Shown piece by piece: positions 41,404 through 50,715 of a stretch of DNA of 64,000 nt (position 1 is its first letter; each line of letters starts with the position of its first letter). The notes under the pieces were generated by a model, which saw nothing but the letters and a program-made list of their open reading frames with translations, made no database searches and was not told the origin of the DNA. Source of the stretch: Anaerohalosphaeraceae bacterium (GTDB lineage Bacteria > Planctomycetota > Phycisphaerae > Sedimentisphaerales > Anaerohalosphaeraceae). The position numbers and the translations under genes were made by a program. The stretch lies in assembly GCA_963675525.2 (NCBI GenBank), contig CAXXSL010000011.1, positions 160,001 to 224,000 of the forward strand, read 5' to 3'.

Positions 41404-43386
41404 TTAAGGGAAATCATCAGAATATGAAGGTTGTTCAATCTCATTACCCTCCTCTGCCTTTTTGTTATTAGAATTATCGCTTTGAATTCGTTGAGTATTT
41501 CCGCTAAAAGTAGCAACCTCAAAAGGATTTACATTAAACTCAACAAAAATTAACCACGCAGAGGCTCCAACATTATTATATGGCCAGTGCTGCGGGAATT
41601 TTGCCGGCATAGAGGTTTGTTTGCCCTGTGACAATACTCCGCTATAACCGGTGAATGCAACATCATCCACAAAAATTACTGTGCCGGCAGGATTTCCGAC
41701 ATCTTTGCCAAAGGCCAGACCAATATGGACAAGTTTTTCAAGATCTACCTGATGGCGAAGTTTATCCAACTTGACTGAATACTTTTTCCAGGATTTATCA
41801 ATTCCCGGAAAAGTGATATCTGCTGATATCTGAGGTAAGTAATTCTTGGCATTCGCATCGCGGAATTCCACCTTTATTTGCGCTTCTTTGTCAGTGAGCG
41901 TTTTAGCCCAGAAAGAGAATGCCTTATATTGGCTTGCATCGAAGGGAGTAGTTCCATTTTCCGGTCCCAAGTCAATCCCTAGGCTTGACCATCCACGATT
42001 TTGGGTTAGACACATATCAGTTGCATTTACCAGACGGAAGGACTGAATGCCGTTATGTACATTCTCTTTCAGATATCCAGGACAATCCGGTGTATAATAC
42101 CAACTGTATGGTTCCTTAAATCCCGTTTTCTTTACAGCTTGCCAGTCCGGCTCTCCGTCTCCATAAAGCTCAATGTTCCCCAAAAGACAATTGGGATGAC
42201 TTTCAAAATGATCGATGAGGATATCTCCCGATTGGAACTGTTTGGTGATTTCTGGGAAGGTTATTCCGACAGAATGGGGAAGGGCTCCTAGGTCATTTTG
42301 AAGGTAACTAAGTGACTGCACAAGATCGCCGAGGGAATCTGTTTGGTGTCCAACTATTCTGGCTGCTAGGATATATCCTGCTGTTCCCTCGCACCAGATG
42401 CTCGGCATGGCTTGTTCAGCAAGAGTCACTTTCGAAAAGCCTGACAACTCATGATCCTGATAAGAAAATTTTTGAAGGTATTGGTCGATCCAAGGAAGGC
42501 CATTATGGATATATTTTTTAAAATCCGGTATGTTACAAAGATTTTCCGCTGCAGTTAGAGCCAGGATGGACCAGGTCTGGCTGTCCAGTCTCTCATGAAA
42601 CTGACTGATTTCCAAAGTGTTATTATCGCTGTATCCGGGATAATAACAGTGTTCTGTCAGATTCCACATCTCGCGGTGCAACCACTCTGCGGTTTTTAAG
42701 CAAGCCCGACGATATTCCTCCTTTTGGGTAACTTCGTATAAACCTGCCATAAAAGCTATAAAATCAACATTGTGCTCTGTACTTGTCCAGCTGAATAATT
42801 GGCCGTTCTCATCGTATCCCCCGGACACAGCCCCCGCGGCTTTTCCCTGACTGATCTGGAGTTTCAGCATGAAATCCGCCAATTCTTCAGCAGCCGTTAG
42901 ATATTTAATTTCATGGGTAACCACATGTAGCCGAAGCAAAGCAATTCCCATCCAGGCATTGGGGCCAACAGCAACTGGCCTTGCCGTTACCTGGCCGGTG
43001 CCGGCGTGATAGCCATCGGCCCAGGCTTTCAACTTTTTATCACGCAGTTTCAGCATCTTGTCTGCACAGGTTTTGGCGGTTTTAGTATGCCCGCCAGCAT
43101 TTAGAGCAATAATCGCTATGGCCTGGTCATACGTCCAGGCCGTATAATCCCCCGGCATGTCATAACTACGAAACAAACCGGTTTTGGAATTTTGTTGTTT
43201 TATTATCCACTGAGAAAGTCTGCTATTATTTGACGATTCATATAGAGCATTTTGACCTAAAGAATGAGAAGTAATAAAAATCATACAGGATATTAGCACC
43301 ACGCACAGAACGCATGCTAATGGGCTGTGCGGTTTCGAATATAGCCTTATGTAATTTGACATTTTCCTATTATCGAAATTTCTCAT
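41404..43386 (-). CDS. Secreted putative (alpha/alpha)6 glycosidase-like protein with inserted CBM11-like domain
   Basis: Hydrophobic N-terminus; AWTYDQAIAIIAL, GPNAWMGIA, STEHNVD, IWCEGTA; DASQYKAFSFWAK..WKKYSV..IFVDDVAF. Confidence 0.55.
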   Translation of the reverse strand: MRNFDNRKMSNYIRLYSKPHSPLACVLCVVLISCMIFITSHSLGQNALYESSNNSRLSQWIIKQQNSKTGLFRSYDMPGDYTAWTYDQAIAIIALNAGGHTKTAKTCADKMLKLRDKKLKAWADGYHAGTGQVTARPVAVGPNAWMGIALLRLHVVTHEIKYLTAAEELADFMLKLQISQGKAAGAVSGGYDENGQLFSWTSTEHNVDFIAFMAGLYEVTQKEEYRRACLKTAEWLHREMWNLTEHCYYPGYSDNNTLEISQFHERLDSQTWSILALTAAENLCNIPDFKKYIHNGLPWIDQYLQKFSYQDHELSGFSKVTLAEQAMPSIWCEGTAGYILAARIVGHQTDSLGDLVQSLSYLQNDLGALPHSVGITFPEITKQFQSGDILIDHFESHPNCLLGNIELYGDGEPDWQAVKKTGFKEPYSWYYTPDCPGYLKENVHNGIQSFRLVNATDMCLTQNRGWSSLGIDLGPENGTTPFDASQYKAFSFWAKTLTDKEAQIKVEFRDANAKNYLPQISADITFPGIDKSWKKYSVKLDKLRHQVDLEKLVHIGLAFGKDVGNPAGTVIFVDDVAFTGYSGVLSQGKQTSMPAKFPQHWPYNNVGASAWLIFVEFNVNPFEVATFSGNTQRIQSDNSNNKKAEEGNEIEQPSYSDDFP

Positions 43387-43462
43387 GTTCTGATGATTTT
43401 ATAATTCTGTTTTATTTTGCTCAAGACGCCCCATTTTCACCTCCGCTTTTATCGTCGTTATA

Positions 43463-46400
43463 TTAAGAATTTTCCATGTCCTCGAATTCAGGAGGCTCTT
43501 GTTCTATGATTTTTTCAAGCAATTCAGGGGCTATTGAGCCATAAACAACGTCATCTTTCGAAAATGTTGTAGATTCGGCGTACTCTATCAATTTCTCATC
43601 TAACATGAAGATATTTCTTTTTACATCGTGTAATCCACCATTATACACAATTGTTTTAAGGCAATTCCAAAGAAAATCAGTTTTATCAGCTTGGATTGAC
43701 TTTTTACAGCTTTCTACATAAGCTTCAAGAATCCCCATTATATAATCTTCCTGTGCTTCTGAGGTGCGAAAGCTATATCTTTTACATACAACCTCTCTTA
43801 TGTTATCTTTCCGTATTTGTATCAGTTCTTCTGTTATGTAATTTTCATATGATTCAGCTAATTTCTGGAACCACTCAGAAGCTTTAAATATATCTTCGTA
43901 TGGATTCATTGACTCTGAAAAACAAGGGCAGGCTAAGTCAATGTTCTGTAAAGCATTCAAGATTATTGCTAATATATATATTGGGCGAAATGAATCTGAA
44001 GTATTATTGAAAATATTTAGATCAACAGCTGATGCTGACCATTTATACAACGTTTCTGGTATGCTATCAATATTATTAAGATGCACACATTTTTCATATA
44101 ATTCCTCAGAAAGCCCTTGGATTTGTTTTTGGATATGTTGAGAATTATCCGTCCATCTTTTGTCAACATCTGGCTTTATCAGATAGGCTTTCAGCTCATA
44201 TAATGTACCAAGATAGCGAAGCAGTGATTTATTTAATATATCAATCTCGGCATCCAGTTGTTCCTGAATTGAACAAATCGGAACGACCTTAATAAGTTCA
44301 CTCCATATACCCAAGTGACATGGGTCTTTTTTAACAAGCTCAATCAATTCATTCGCAATTATAGAATCTTTCTTTAAAGACCATTCTTCTTGAGCTTCTT
44401 TAATTGGCGATTCAATGTTACTAAGTTTAAAATCATAAACACTTCTGGAACGATTCCACTTAAATACAACGTCACTTCGATTAGGCCCAGTCAGGTTTAT
44501 ATTAATTCCCTGATCTACAAATATGTCTAGAAGTTGGTTAATGGTTCTACTTAATTGTCGTTGTGAAAAAGTTAAAGTTGGTATCTGTCCATTGGCTTGT
44601 CGAAAGAATAACAATAGTTCCGGTAAATATAACCTATGATTGCGTGTTCCGTATATTAATAAGCCTGCAGTTAAATCATCAATTTGAATTGGATCAGTCG
44701 GTTTTTTTGTATTAGAAAGATGAATTGTCAGCTTAGGTGGCTCAAAGCTCGTAACTTCAATTGATAGTTCTAAATCTTCCAAGCACTCTGCATCATCCTC
44801 ACTTTTTTTCTTGACCTCCTCTATGTAATTTAGAATCTCATCTTTTAAGCATTTTATATGATCGGATAGCACAATAAGAATATCACTATCAATAGAAGAG
44901 TTGAGTACATCAAGTTTATCGTCTATATTTTTAAGTTCATTCAAAACCGCAGATGGATTATGATTGGGTAGAATAGAGACTGTGCGATTAATTGAAAGCA
45001 AACTATTGTCCAGGTGTTCTAGGGCGTCTATGATTCCGTCATGTAAAGTCGAATCAATAGATAAAAGGTGTTGGTTAATTTCCTCTTTGCACTGTTGATA
45101 TTCAAGAAGAACATTCTGGGTTTTTTGTCTTGCGTTTCGAATGGATCTTTTCAACCTTGTTCGATCACGAACGAGCCATAGGGTGAATCCCATTAGGACG
45201 ATTGCCAGTCCTGCCATATAGGGTATCAATTTTTTCAAGTAATACAAAAAAATGATACGCTGAACTTCGTTTGCCGCATTGTGAATTTGAAGCTCTATCT
45301 TTTGAGGATCCTGCGTTTGTTTGATTGCTCCCAAGATGCCATAGAAGTTATTCAGTACGAGATCATTTTCAAACTCTGTCCAAAATGACAAAGCTGGATA
45401 TGTTTCTCCGGAATCGATTAATTTATTTAAATCGATTTCCAATAAAGGATACTGATTCATTGTTTTGTGAAGTGCATCCATTCTGGCAGGAATAGCGATG
45501 GTATGATTTGACATTTCCAGGCTGTTTTGCAAATTGGTCAGATAGTTGACAAGATCACAATCCAATTTTCTTTGTGTTTGTAATCGGGTTGATGTTGTAA
45601 TAGCTAAGTGGCTACCGCCAATGAATGTGTGTGGTCCATCTGTGAATAATTGTGGCAATAAGGCCACTTTAATATGCGAAGAGTCAACGCTATTCTTAAA
45701 ATAATTGTATAAGGCCAATGGTCCTACAAAAGCATCGTAATCTCCCTTTACAAGTCCTGCCGCTTGGTCCATCAATATCGGTTTTCTTTGCGAGGAGGAA
45801 GTAGTTAAATAATATACAAGCCCCTCTTTACTTATATTTCTTAGCTGTAATATTCCATCAATAGCTTCTTCTCTGTTGAACCCCGACTTCCAGTAGAAAA
45901 ATTTTTTCTCAATAATCTTCCCGTTCCAAAAATATCGGAGTGTGTTGTGTAAGATGTCCCAATTTCTTTCTAAGGTCACACAAAAGGGAGATTTTCCAGT
46001 TTTCTCTTTACGTTGGATAAGACACTTATGAAACATTTCAAAGTTTTGTATTAAATTCACGTCGTCCGTTAACTCCAATCTGTAAAAAAGCACACGGAGA
46101 TCAAATTGCCAAGGAACAGCATAAAAGTTATTATTATGTTGACAGCTGCGAAGGATTTTTTCTGGATAATTTTCTGAATCGATGTTTTGTTGCCATTTGT
46201 CTATAATGTTCTGATCAATTAGATGAGTTGTCCATGTGCTGGGAACCTGAATGATGTTGAATTCTGAATGAAGTGATTTTATTTCATTAAGAGATTGCGT
46301 CCAGGATGCAAAGTGAATCTTTATCTTAACGTCTTGTGCTTTGGCAAAATCAGAAAGTGTATCACAAATCCAGTGCTGTTTGCCCAATTCTAAGTCTTCC

Positions 46401-46627
46401 CATTCTTTAAGGGTGTTATCAAAAATCAAATACGGTGAGTATTTCACGTCGTCAAAAGAGAAAGGCTGAATTTCTTGATCAATTGGCTCAAGGGGCATTA
46501 AAAGGATTGAGATTTCGTTTCCGAAAACTGCTGAGGGTGAGAAAAACCCGAAAAGAAAAATTAAGGACCTTATTAAATATTTTACAAAGAAACGTTTTCC
46601 CGCAAACATTGCTCTTGTATCGTCCAT
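43463..46627 (-). CDS. Membrane protein: extracellular sugar-binding (SBP family 1-like) domain, TM helix, coiled coil and large cytoplasmic domain; putative sensor/regulator
   Basis: Signal-like N-terminus; IIQVPSTW, YAVPWQFDLRVLFYR, FIGGSHLAI and IPAR SBP motifs; TM YMAGLAIVLMGFTLWLV; heptad-like helical region after it. Confidence 0.6.
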   Translation of the reverse strand: MDDTRAMFAGKRFFVKYLIRSLIFLFGFFSPSAVFGNEISILLMPLEPIDQEIQPFSFDDVKYSPYLIFDNTLKEWEDLELGKQHWICDTLSDFAKAQDVKIKIHFASWTQSLNEIKSLHSEFNIIQVPSTWTTHLIDQNIIDKWQQNIDSENYPEKILRSCQHNNNFYAVPWQFDLRVLFYRLELTDDVNLIQNFEMFHKCLIQRKEKTGKSPFCVTLERNWDILHNTLRYFWNGKIIEKKFFYWKSGFNREEAIDGILQLRNISKEGLVYYLTTSSSQRKPILMDQAAGLVKGDYDAFVGPLALYNYFKNSVDSSHIKVALLPQLFTDGPHTFIGGSHLAITTSTRLQTQRKLDCDLVNYLTNLQNSLEMSNHTIAIPARMDALHKTMNQYPLLEIDLNKLIDSGETYPALSFWTEFENDLVLNNFYGILGAIKQTQDPQKIELQIHNAANEVQRIIFLYYLKKLIPYMAGLAIVLMGFTLWLVRDRTRLKRSIRNARQKTQNVLLEYQQCKEEINQHLLSIDSTLHDGIIDALEHLDNSLLSINRTVSILPNHNPSAVLNELKNIDDKLDVLNSSIDSDILIVLSDHIKCLKDEILNYIEEVKKKSEDDAECLEDLELSIEVTSFEPPKLTIHLSNTKKPTDPIQIDDLTAGLLIYGTRNHRLYLPELLLFFRQANGQIPTLTFSQRQLSRTINQLLDIFVDQGININLTGPNRSDVVFKWNRSRSVYDFKLSNIESPIKEAQEEWSLKKDSIIANELIELVKKDPCHLGIWSELIKVVPICSIQEQLDAEIDILNKSLLRYLGTLYELKAYLIKPDVDKRWTDNSQHIQKQIQGLSEELYEKCVHLNNIDSIPETLYKWSASAVDLNIFNNTSDSFRPIYILAIILNALQNIDLACPCFSESMNPYEDIFKASEWFQKLAESYENYITEELIQIRKDNIREVVCKRYSFRTSEAQEDYIMGILEAYVESCKKSIQADKTDFLWNCLKTIVYNGGLHDVKRNIFMLDEKLIEYAESTTFSKDDVVYGSIAPELLEKIIEQEPPEFEDMENS

Positions 46628-46802
46628 TTATAGACTCCTTAGTGAGATTTACCTGCTGCTTAACTTACCCTCATAGCAGTAAAAATCACCCAATAATATA
46701 CATTGTTTTTTTAGATAACACAAGGTCATTTTGTGGCAAAAGTCTCCAGTAACGAGTTGGATCATCCGGTTAAAATATTCAATCTCACCTATAAAAAGCC
46801 CC

Positions 46803-46837
46803 TTTCCGCGGACTGTCCGCAGACAGGACAATATTAC
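46803..46837. repeat. Island palindromic motif copy 3 (tandem)
   Basis: TTTCCGCGGAC-TGTCCGCAGACA-GGACAATATTAC in the divergent promoter region. Confidence 0.8.
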
Positions 46838-46904
46838 AGAGAGGCTGGACAATAAAATAGTGGGTGACTAATTGTGAAAAAGTTTGAATCGAGGCGCAAA
46901 TTAA

Positions 46905-47585
46905 ATGACAACAAAAAAACTTAAAAAGTATAAGAGAAAAAGAAAAGTTGTTTTGAAGGTTATCTTCGTGGGAAGCCACCCGGACGATATCGAACTGGGT
47001 TGTGGAGGCTCCGTGTCATATTACATAGAAAAAGGCTATGATGTCTGGTGCATTTTTTTGACAAAAGGAGAAAAAGGACTTGGACCCAAAAATGCTTCGG
47101 ATAATCGAGTCAGCGAGTCAATTGAGGCGCTTCACTACCTAGGCGTCAAAAGGGAAAATATTGTTTTCGGGGATTTTGAGGATACACGGATTCCGGGCTC
47201 GTTTGAAGTAATTCATTTTCTTGAAGCGTTTAATTTTGGCAATCCGGAAGATATTTACGCGGTCTTTTTTCATTCTGAGTCTGATTATCATCAGGACCAT
47301 CAGGTGACCTCAAAGGCTTGCCAAACGGCTTTTCGTCATGTCAGACGCATGCTAATGTACGAATCTCCCTCGGTTACGTCATCATTTGCTCCTTCTGTTT
47401 TTATCGATATTAGTGCCTATATCAGAAGAAAAATCCATGCCTTGCGATGCCATAAAAGTCAAACAGCTCAACAGAAAATTTATATGGAGTACAAGGCAAT
47501 GATGTGCATCAGCCGATTTCGTGGGCATCAGATTGGAAAACGATATGCCGAAGCATTTGAAAGTAAAAGATACCTTATGACGTAG
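46905..47585 (+). CDS. PIG-L/LmbE family deacetylase
   Basis: GSHPDDIELGCGG, LTKGE, R..E...A, DYHQDH, YESP, HKSQ, YAEAF. Confidence 0.92.
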   Translation: MTTKKLKKYKRKRKVVLKVIFVGSHPDDIELGCGGSVSYYIEKGYDVWCIFLTKGEKGLGPKNASDNRVSESIEALHYLGVKRENIVFGDFEDTRIPGSFEVIHFLEAFNFGNPEDIYAVFFHSESDYHQDHQVTSKACQTAFRHVRRMLMYESPSVTSSFAPSVFIDISAYIRRKIHALRCHKSQTAQQKIYMEYKAMMCISRFRGHQIGKRYAEAFESKRYLMT

Positions 47586-47598
47586 TACATCTTGGACG

Positions 47599-47628
47599 GC
47601 GGACTGTCCGCGGACAAGACAGTATTAC
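47599..47628. repeat. Island palindromic motif copy 4
   Basis: GCGGACTGTCCGCGGACAAGACAGTATTAC, 27/30 identical to 46808..46837; upstream of the ATPase-ubiquitin operon. Confidence 0.85.
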
Positions 47629-47689
47629 GGAAAACGATATCAAAAAAGACAACAGACGAATAATGATTAATTGCATGAGAGGATAATTT

Positions 47690-49360
47690 ATGAATTCAGG
47701 AATAAATCAACCAAATCCCAACCCAGAAGTCGTTCGTTTAGTGGATTCGATGTTAAATCAACTGAGAATGAAGCCGGACACAGGATTGGCAATGGTTAAG
47801 CAGACATTGAGCAGACAGCCTGAATTAGTCAGATTGGTGTTGATTGAAAGACTGGCTAAACACTATTCGACATCAAATCCTGAGTATCTGCGGAAAATTG
47901 AAACTCAAATCAAGCTTTTGAAACAAGCACCTCGCAACTTAGCTATTTTGGAGGCGGTAAGAGATGATGAAATGGGCAGGTTTGCAACTGTCAAGGACGG
48001 GAACACACTGTCGGAAGTGGAGGTGTCCGGCGACGTAACAGAAGAAGAATTGGTCCCGGGATGCCGAGTTGTCCTGCCAAAAATGGCTGGAGCCATCGTA
48101 GGGACCAGAGGCTTGTCCCCGGCTTGTCCAGCAGCAGAATTTGAACGAGTTCTTTCCGACGGCCGCCTGTTGATGAAAATCGGCACTGAACATCTCGTCC
48201 TGGGGCGGGGAGGTGAATTAACCAGTGAAGAAGTAATACAAAAGTTAAAACCTGGAGATTTGCTGGAATACGAGACTGCGATTAATTGCGCCCTTAGAAT
48301 TGCGCAGAAATCTGTCAAAACCGCACAGTATATTAATGAACCCCCAGATGTGGATTGGAAAGACGTTGGCGGGATGGAAGAAATCAAAGAAACCATCGAA
48401 CGTGAAGTATTAGGACCCATACTGTATGCTAAAACTTATAATTTCTATGGTGTAAAACCTCCGCGAGGAATCTTGTTTGAAGGCGCACCGGGTGTAGGCA
48501 AGACGATGATGATTAAAGCGATGGGGACGTCACTGCTTACGGCACTGAAGTTGCCCAAAGACGCACCTGTTTTATTCCAAGTCAAAGGCTCGTCGCTTTC
48601 AAGCCCATATTTCGGCGAAAGTGCGGCAAACGTCAGAGCGTTAGGTGCAGCGGCCCGTGATGCCGCTAAAGAATTTGGGCTATCAATCATTTTATTAGAC
48701 GATTTTGAATATAATGGTGGTTTGCACAGAGGCACAAATGATTTAAGTACAACGGGGGACTCAAAACTGACGGCCGCACTGATATCAGAAATGGAGGGAT
48801 TAAACACAAATGGCCGTATTGTCTGGGCAGCAACCGCCAATCGAGTCGATCTAGTCGATAGCGCCTTGCTTAGGGCGGGCCGATTTACCAAGAAAATCTC
48901 TGTTCCCCGACCCGGACCTGAGGGTTGTATGAAGATTCTTGGTGTCCATCTCCAAGACAAACCGATCGCTATCGGCAATACTATTGATGAACTGGCTGAA
49001 AAAGTGGTTCAGCAAGTTTTTACTTATAATGATGAAAATCTCTTACTTCGACTTAATTATTACGATGGGGGAGAGCAGGAGGAGATCTTTCCGCCGCGAA
49101 TTGTCAGTGGTGCGATGTTGGCAGAAGCTGTGCGTTGCGCAGGACTTCATGCAATTCGCAGAGATTTGTCGGAGAATTTACAGAAACCAAGCGGGATCAC
49201 CTTCGATGATATGATGGCAGCATTAGATGAGCAGTTCGGCGCAACGATTCATGCAATTCAACCATCGAATGCACACCTGCACTATTTGGACCTGCCGGCC
49301 AGTCGAAGAGTGGTTGATGTGGAACATGTTTGGAAAAATCGCCATGAGATCATGGCCTAA
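47690..49360 (+). CDS. Mpa/ARC-like (proteasomal-type) AAA+ ATPase
   Basis: Coiled coil ending QIKLLKQAP, two OB-like segments, PPDVDWKDVGG, PPRGILFEGAPGVGKT, IILLDDFE, ATANRVDLVDSALLRAGRFTKKI, and Mpa-type tail LRLNYYDG..E....VSGAML. Confidence 0.85.
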   Translation: MNSGINQPNPNPEVVRLVDSMLNQLRMKPDTGLAMVKQTLSRQPELVRLVLIERLAKHYSTSNPEYLRKIETQIKLLKQAPRNLAILEAVRDDEMGRFATVKDGNTLSEVEVSGDVTEEELVPGCRVVLPKMAGAIVGTRGLSPACPAAEFERVLSDGRLLMKIGTEHLVLGRGGELTSEEVIQKLKPGDLLEYETAINCALRIAQKSVKTAQYINEPPDVDWKDVGGMEEIKETIEREVLGPILYAKTYNFYGVKPPRGILFEGAPGVGKTMMIKAMGTSLLTALKLPKDAPVLFQVKGSSLSSPYFGESAANVRALGAAARDAAKEFGLSIILLDDFEYNGGLHRGTNDLSTTGDSKLTAALISEMEGLNTNGRIVWAATANRVDLVDSALLRAGRFTKKISVPRPGPEGCMKILGVHLQDKPIAIGNTIDELAEKVVQQVFTYNDENLLLRLNYYDGGEQEEIFPPRIVSGAMLAEAVRCAGLHAIRRDLSENLQKPSGITFDDMMAALDEQFGATIHAIQPSNAHLHYLDLPASRRVVDVEHVWKNRHEIMA

Positions 49361-49385
49361 TCTATGCAAAGAAAGGATAAATATC

Positions 49386-49760
49386 ATGGGACAAATTGAA
49401 AGACATGGCGATCGGAACAGAAATAAATTGCAAGAGGATATAAATTCCAGCAAACAAGATGGTTTGCTCGCGGAAGTGGCATCAGATGATCGAAGAGTCC
49501 AGTTAGCTATTGAGGGAGATGAAACAATAGGCCAAGTTAAACTTAAGGCTCTGGCAGAAATGCAGATTCCCGCTGCAAATCCTGAACGGTACATCGTCAT
49601 CGGTGCCAATCGACAACCAGTTGATGACAATCAGTTGCTCAATGATGTACTGAAACAGGGAGATGCATTGGAATTCCGCTTGATCCCGCAAGTTGCATTC
49701 GGGTGGAAAAAAATGCTGATGCCGTTTTTCAGGATGGTACGATGCCTGATCCACTGCTAA
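49386..49760 (+). CDS. Ubiquitin-like (beta-grasp) protein with N-terminal low-complexity tail and C-terminal extension after Gly
   Basis: RBS-like GAAAGGA before the ATG at 49386. Beta-grasp pattern VQLAIEGDETIGQVKLKALAEM..YIVIG..VDDNQLLNDV..GDALEFRLIP, then QVAFG. Precedes E2, JAB and E1. Confidence 0.75.
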   Translation: MGQIERHGDRNRNKLQEDINSSKQDGLLAEVASDDRRVQLAIEGDETIGQVKLKALAEMQIPAANPERYIVIGANRQPVDDNQLLNDVLKQGDALEFRLIPQVAFGWKKMLMPFFRMVRCLIHC

Positions 49761-50173
49761 ATTTTAATTTCGACACAGACTATAAAAACAGCCGCCAAAT
49801 CGCCACTTTTTACAGTGTACGAATATGGAATCGGGGAAGGCTAGTTTTTATAGGGTGCCCATGTAGGGATGGCCGAACGCTGTTGGCACAAATTTGTTGT
49901 CAAGAGTATCCGGATAAACTGCCACGTGTAACCTTTTTAAATCCTGTCACGGCTAAACCATCCGAAGAGAACAGGTTTTGGCCGACAGGGATCATAAAGA
50001 TCCCAGGTGCCTCAGGATACAAGGAGTTGTGTCTGGCAGGAACCGAAACCTATAAAAGGGCCCATCCCGAATTCCCTCCCCCCAATCACAGCCTGTCTGA
50101 GTTGATAGAGATTGTAATCAACTTATGCCAAGGACACGCAAACAGGATCAGATTAACTCAAGGGAGACACTAA
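49742..50173 (+). CDS. Prokaryotic E2-like conjugating enzyme
   Basis: YPDKLPRVTFLNP, WP and LCLAGTETYKRAHP (candidate catalytic Cys). Alternative GTG start at 49703. Confidence 0.7.
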   Translation: MPDPLLNFNFDTDYKNSRQIATFYSVRIWNRGRLVFIGCPCRDGRTLLAQICCQEYPDKLPRVTFLNPVTAKPSEENRFWPTGIIKIPGASGYKELCLAGTETYKRAHPEFPPPNHSLSELIEIVINLCQGHANRIRLTQGRH

Positions 50174-50174
50174 G

Positions 50175-50699
50175 ATGAATGTGAAATTAATTAAATGTCG
50201 GCCGGACAGACTTAAAGGATTACTACTCTGTGAATCTGTCATAAAACCACTAGAACAACATCTGTATAACACAGGTCTTGAGCAAAGAGAGGAGGCGGCA
50301 CTTCTGGCTGGCTATATTGTTGGCAAATCAATGGGTGTGGTAACAACCGTTATTTTGCCTTATACGGAAAGTCACTCTGGAGGATGTACGTTACCAAATG
50401 ACATCACATCAAGGTGCTTTGATACCATTCGCAGAACGGGCCAACTTGTTTTAGCTCAAGTGCATAGCCACCCTAAAAGGGCATTCCACTCTTTTACAGA
50501 CGACGAATGGGCTTTTTCTGATAGTCCAGGACTTTTTTCTATTGTTGTTCCTTGTTTTGGTAGATACGGCATACAAAAAATTTTCACAAATGGTGTTGGC
50601 ATCTATGAACGTCTGACAAATGGTGATTGGTACCCCTTGGATTCGTCTGAAATTCAACGTCGTTTTTTTGTAATACCGAATACTCAGATTATTTTATAG
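50175..50699 (+). CDS. JAB/JAMM (MPN+) metallopeptidase, deubiquitinase-like
   Basis: EEAALLAG...QVHSHPKRAFHSFTDD = E-xn-HxH-x7-S-x2-D; SIVVP. Confidence 0.92.
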   Translation: MNVKLIKCRPDRLKGLLLCESVIKPLEQHLYNTGLEQREEAALLAGYIVGKSMGVVTTVILPYTESHSGGCTLPNDITSRCFDTIRRTGQLVLAQVHSHPKRAFHSFTDDEWAFSDSPGLFSIVVPCFGRYGIQKIFTNGVGIYERLTNGDWYPLDSSEIQRRFFVIPNTQIIL

Positions 50700-50715
50700 C
50701 ATCAATGGAGTTCTA

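Noticed and set aside
39543..47628. TGTCCGCGGACA copies as a CRISPR array
   Set aside because: The copies are kilobases apart with genes between them, and there are no cas genes.
49227..49385. N-terminal extension of the Ubl ORF given in the ORF track
   Set aside because: It overlaps the ATPase 3' end; an RBS-like GAAAGGA supports the ATG at 49386.
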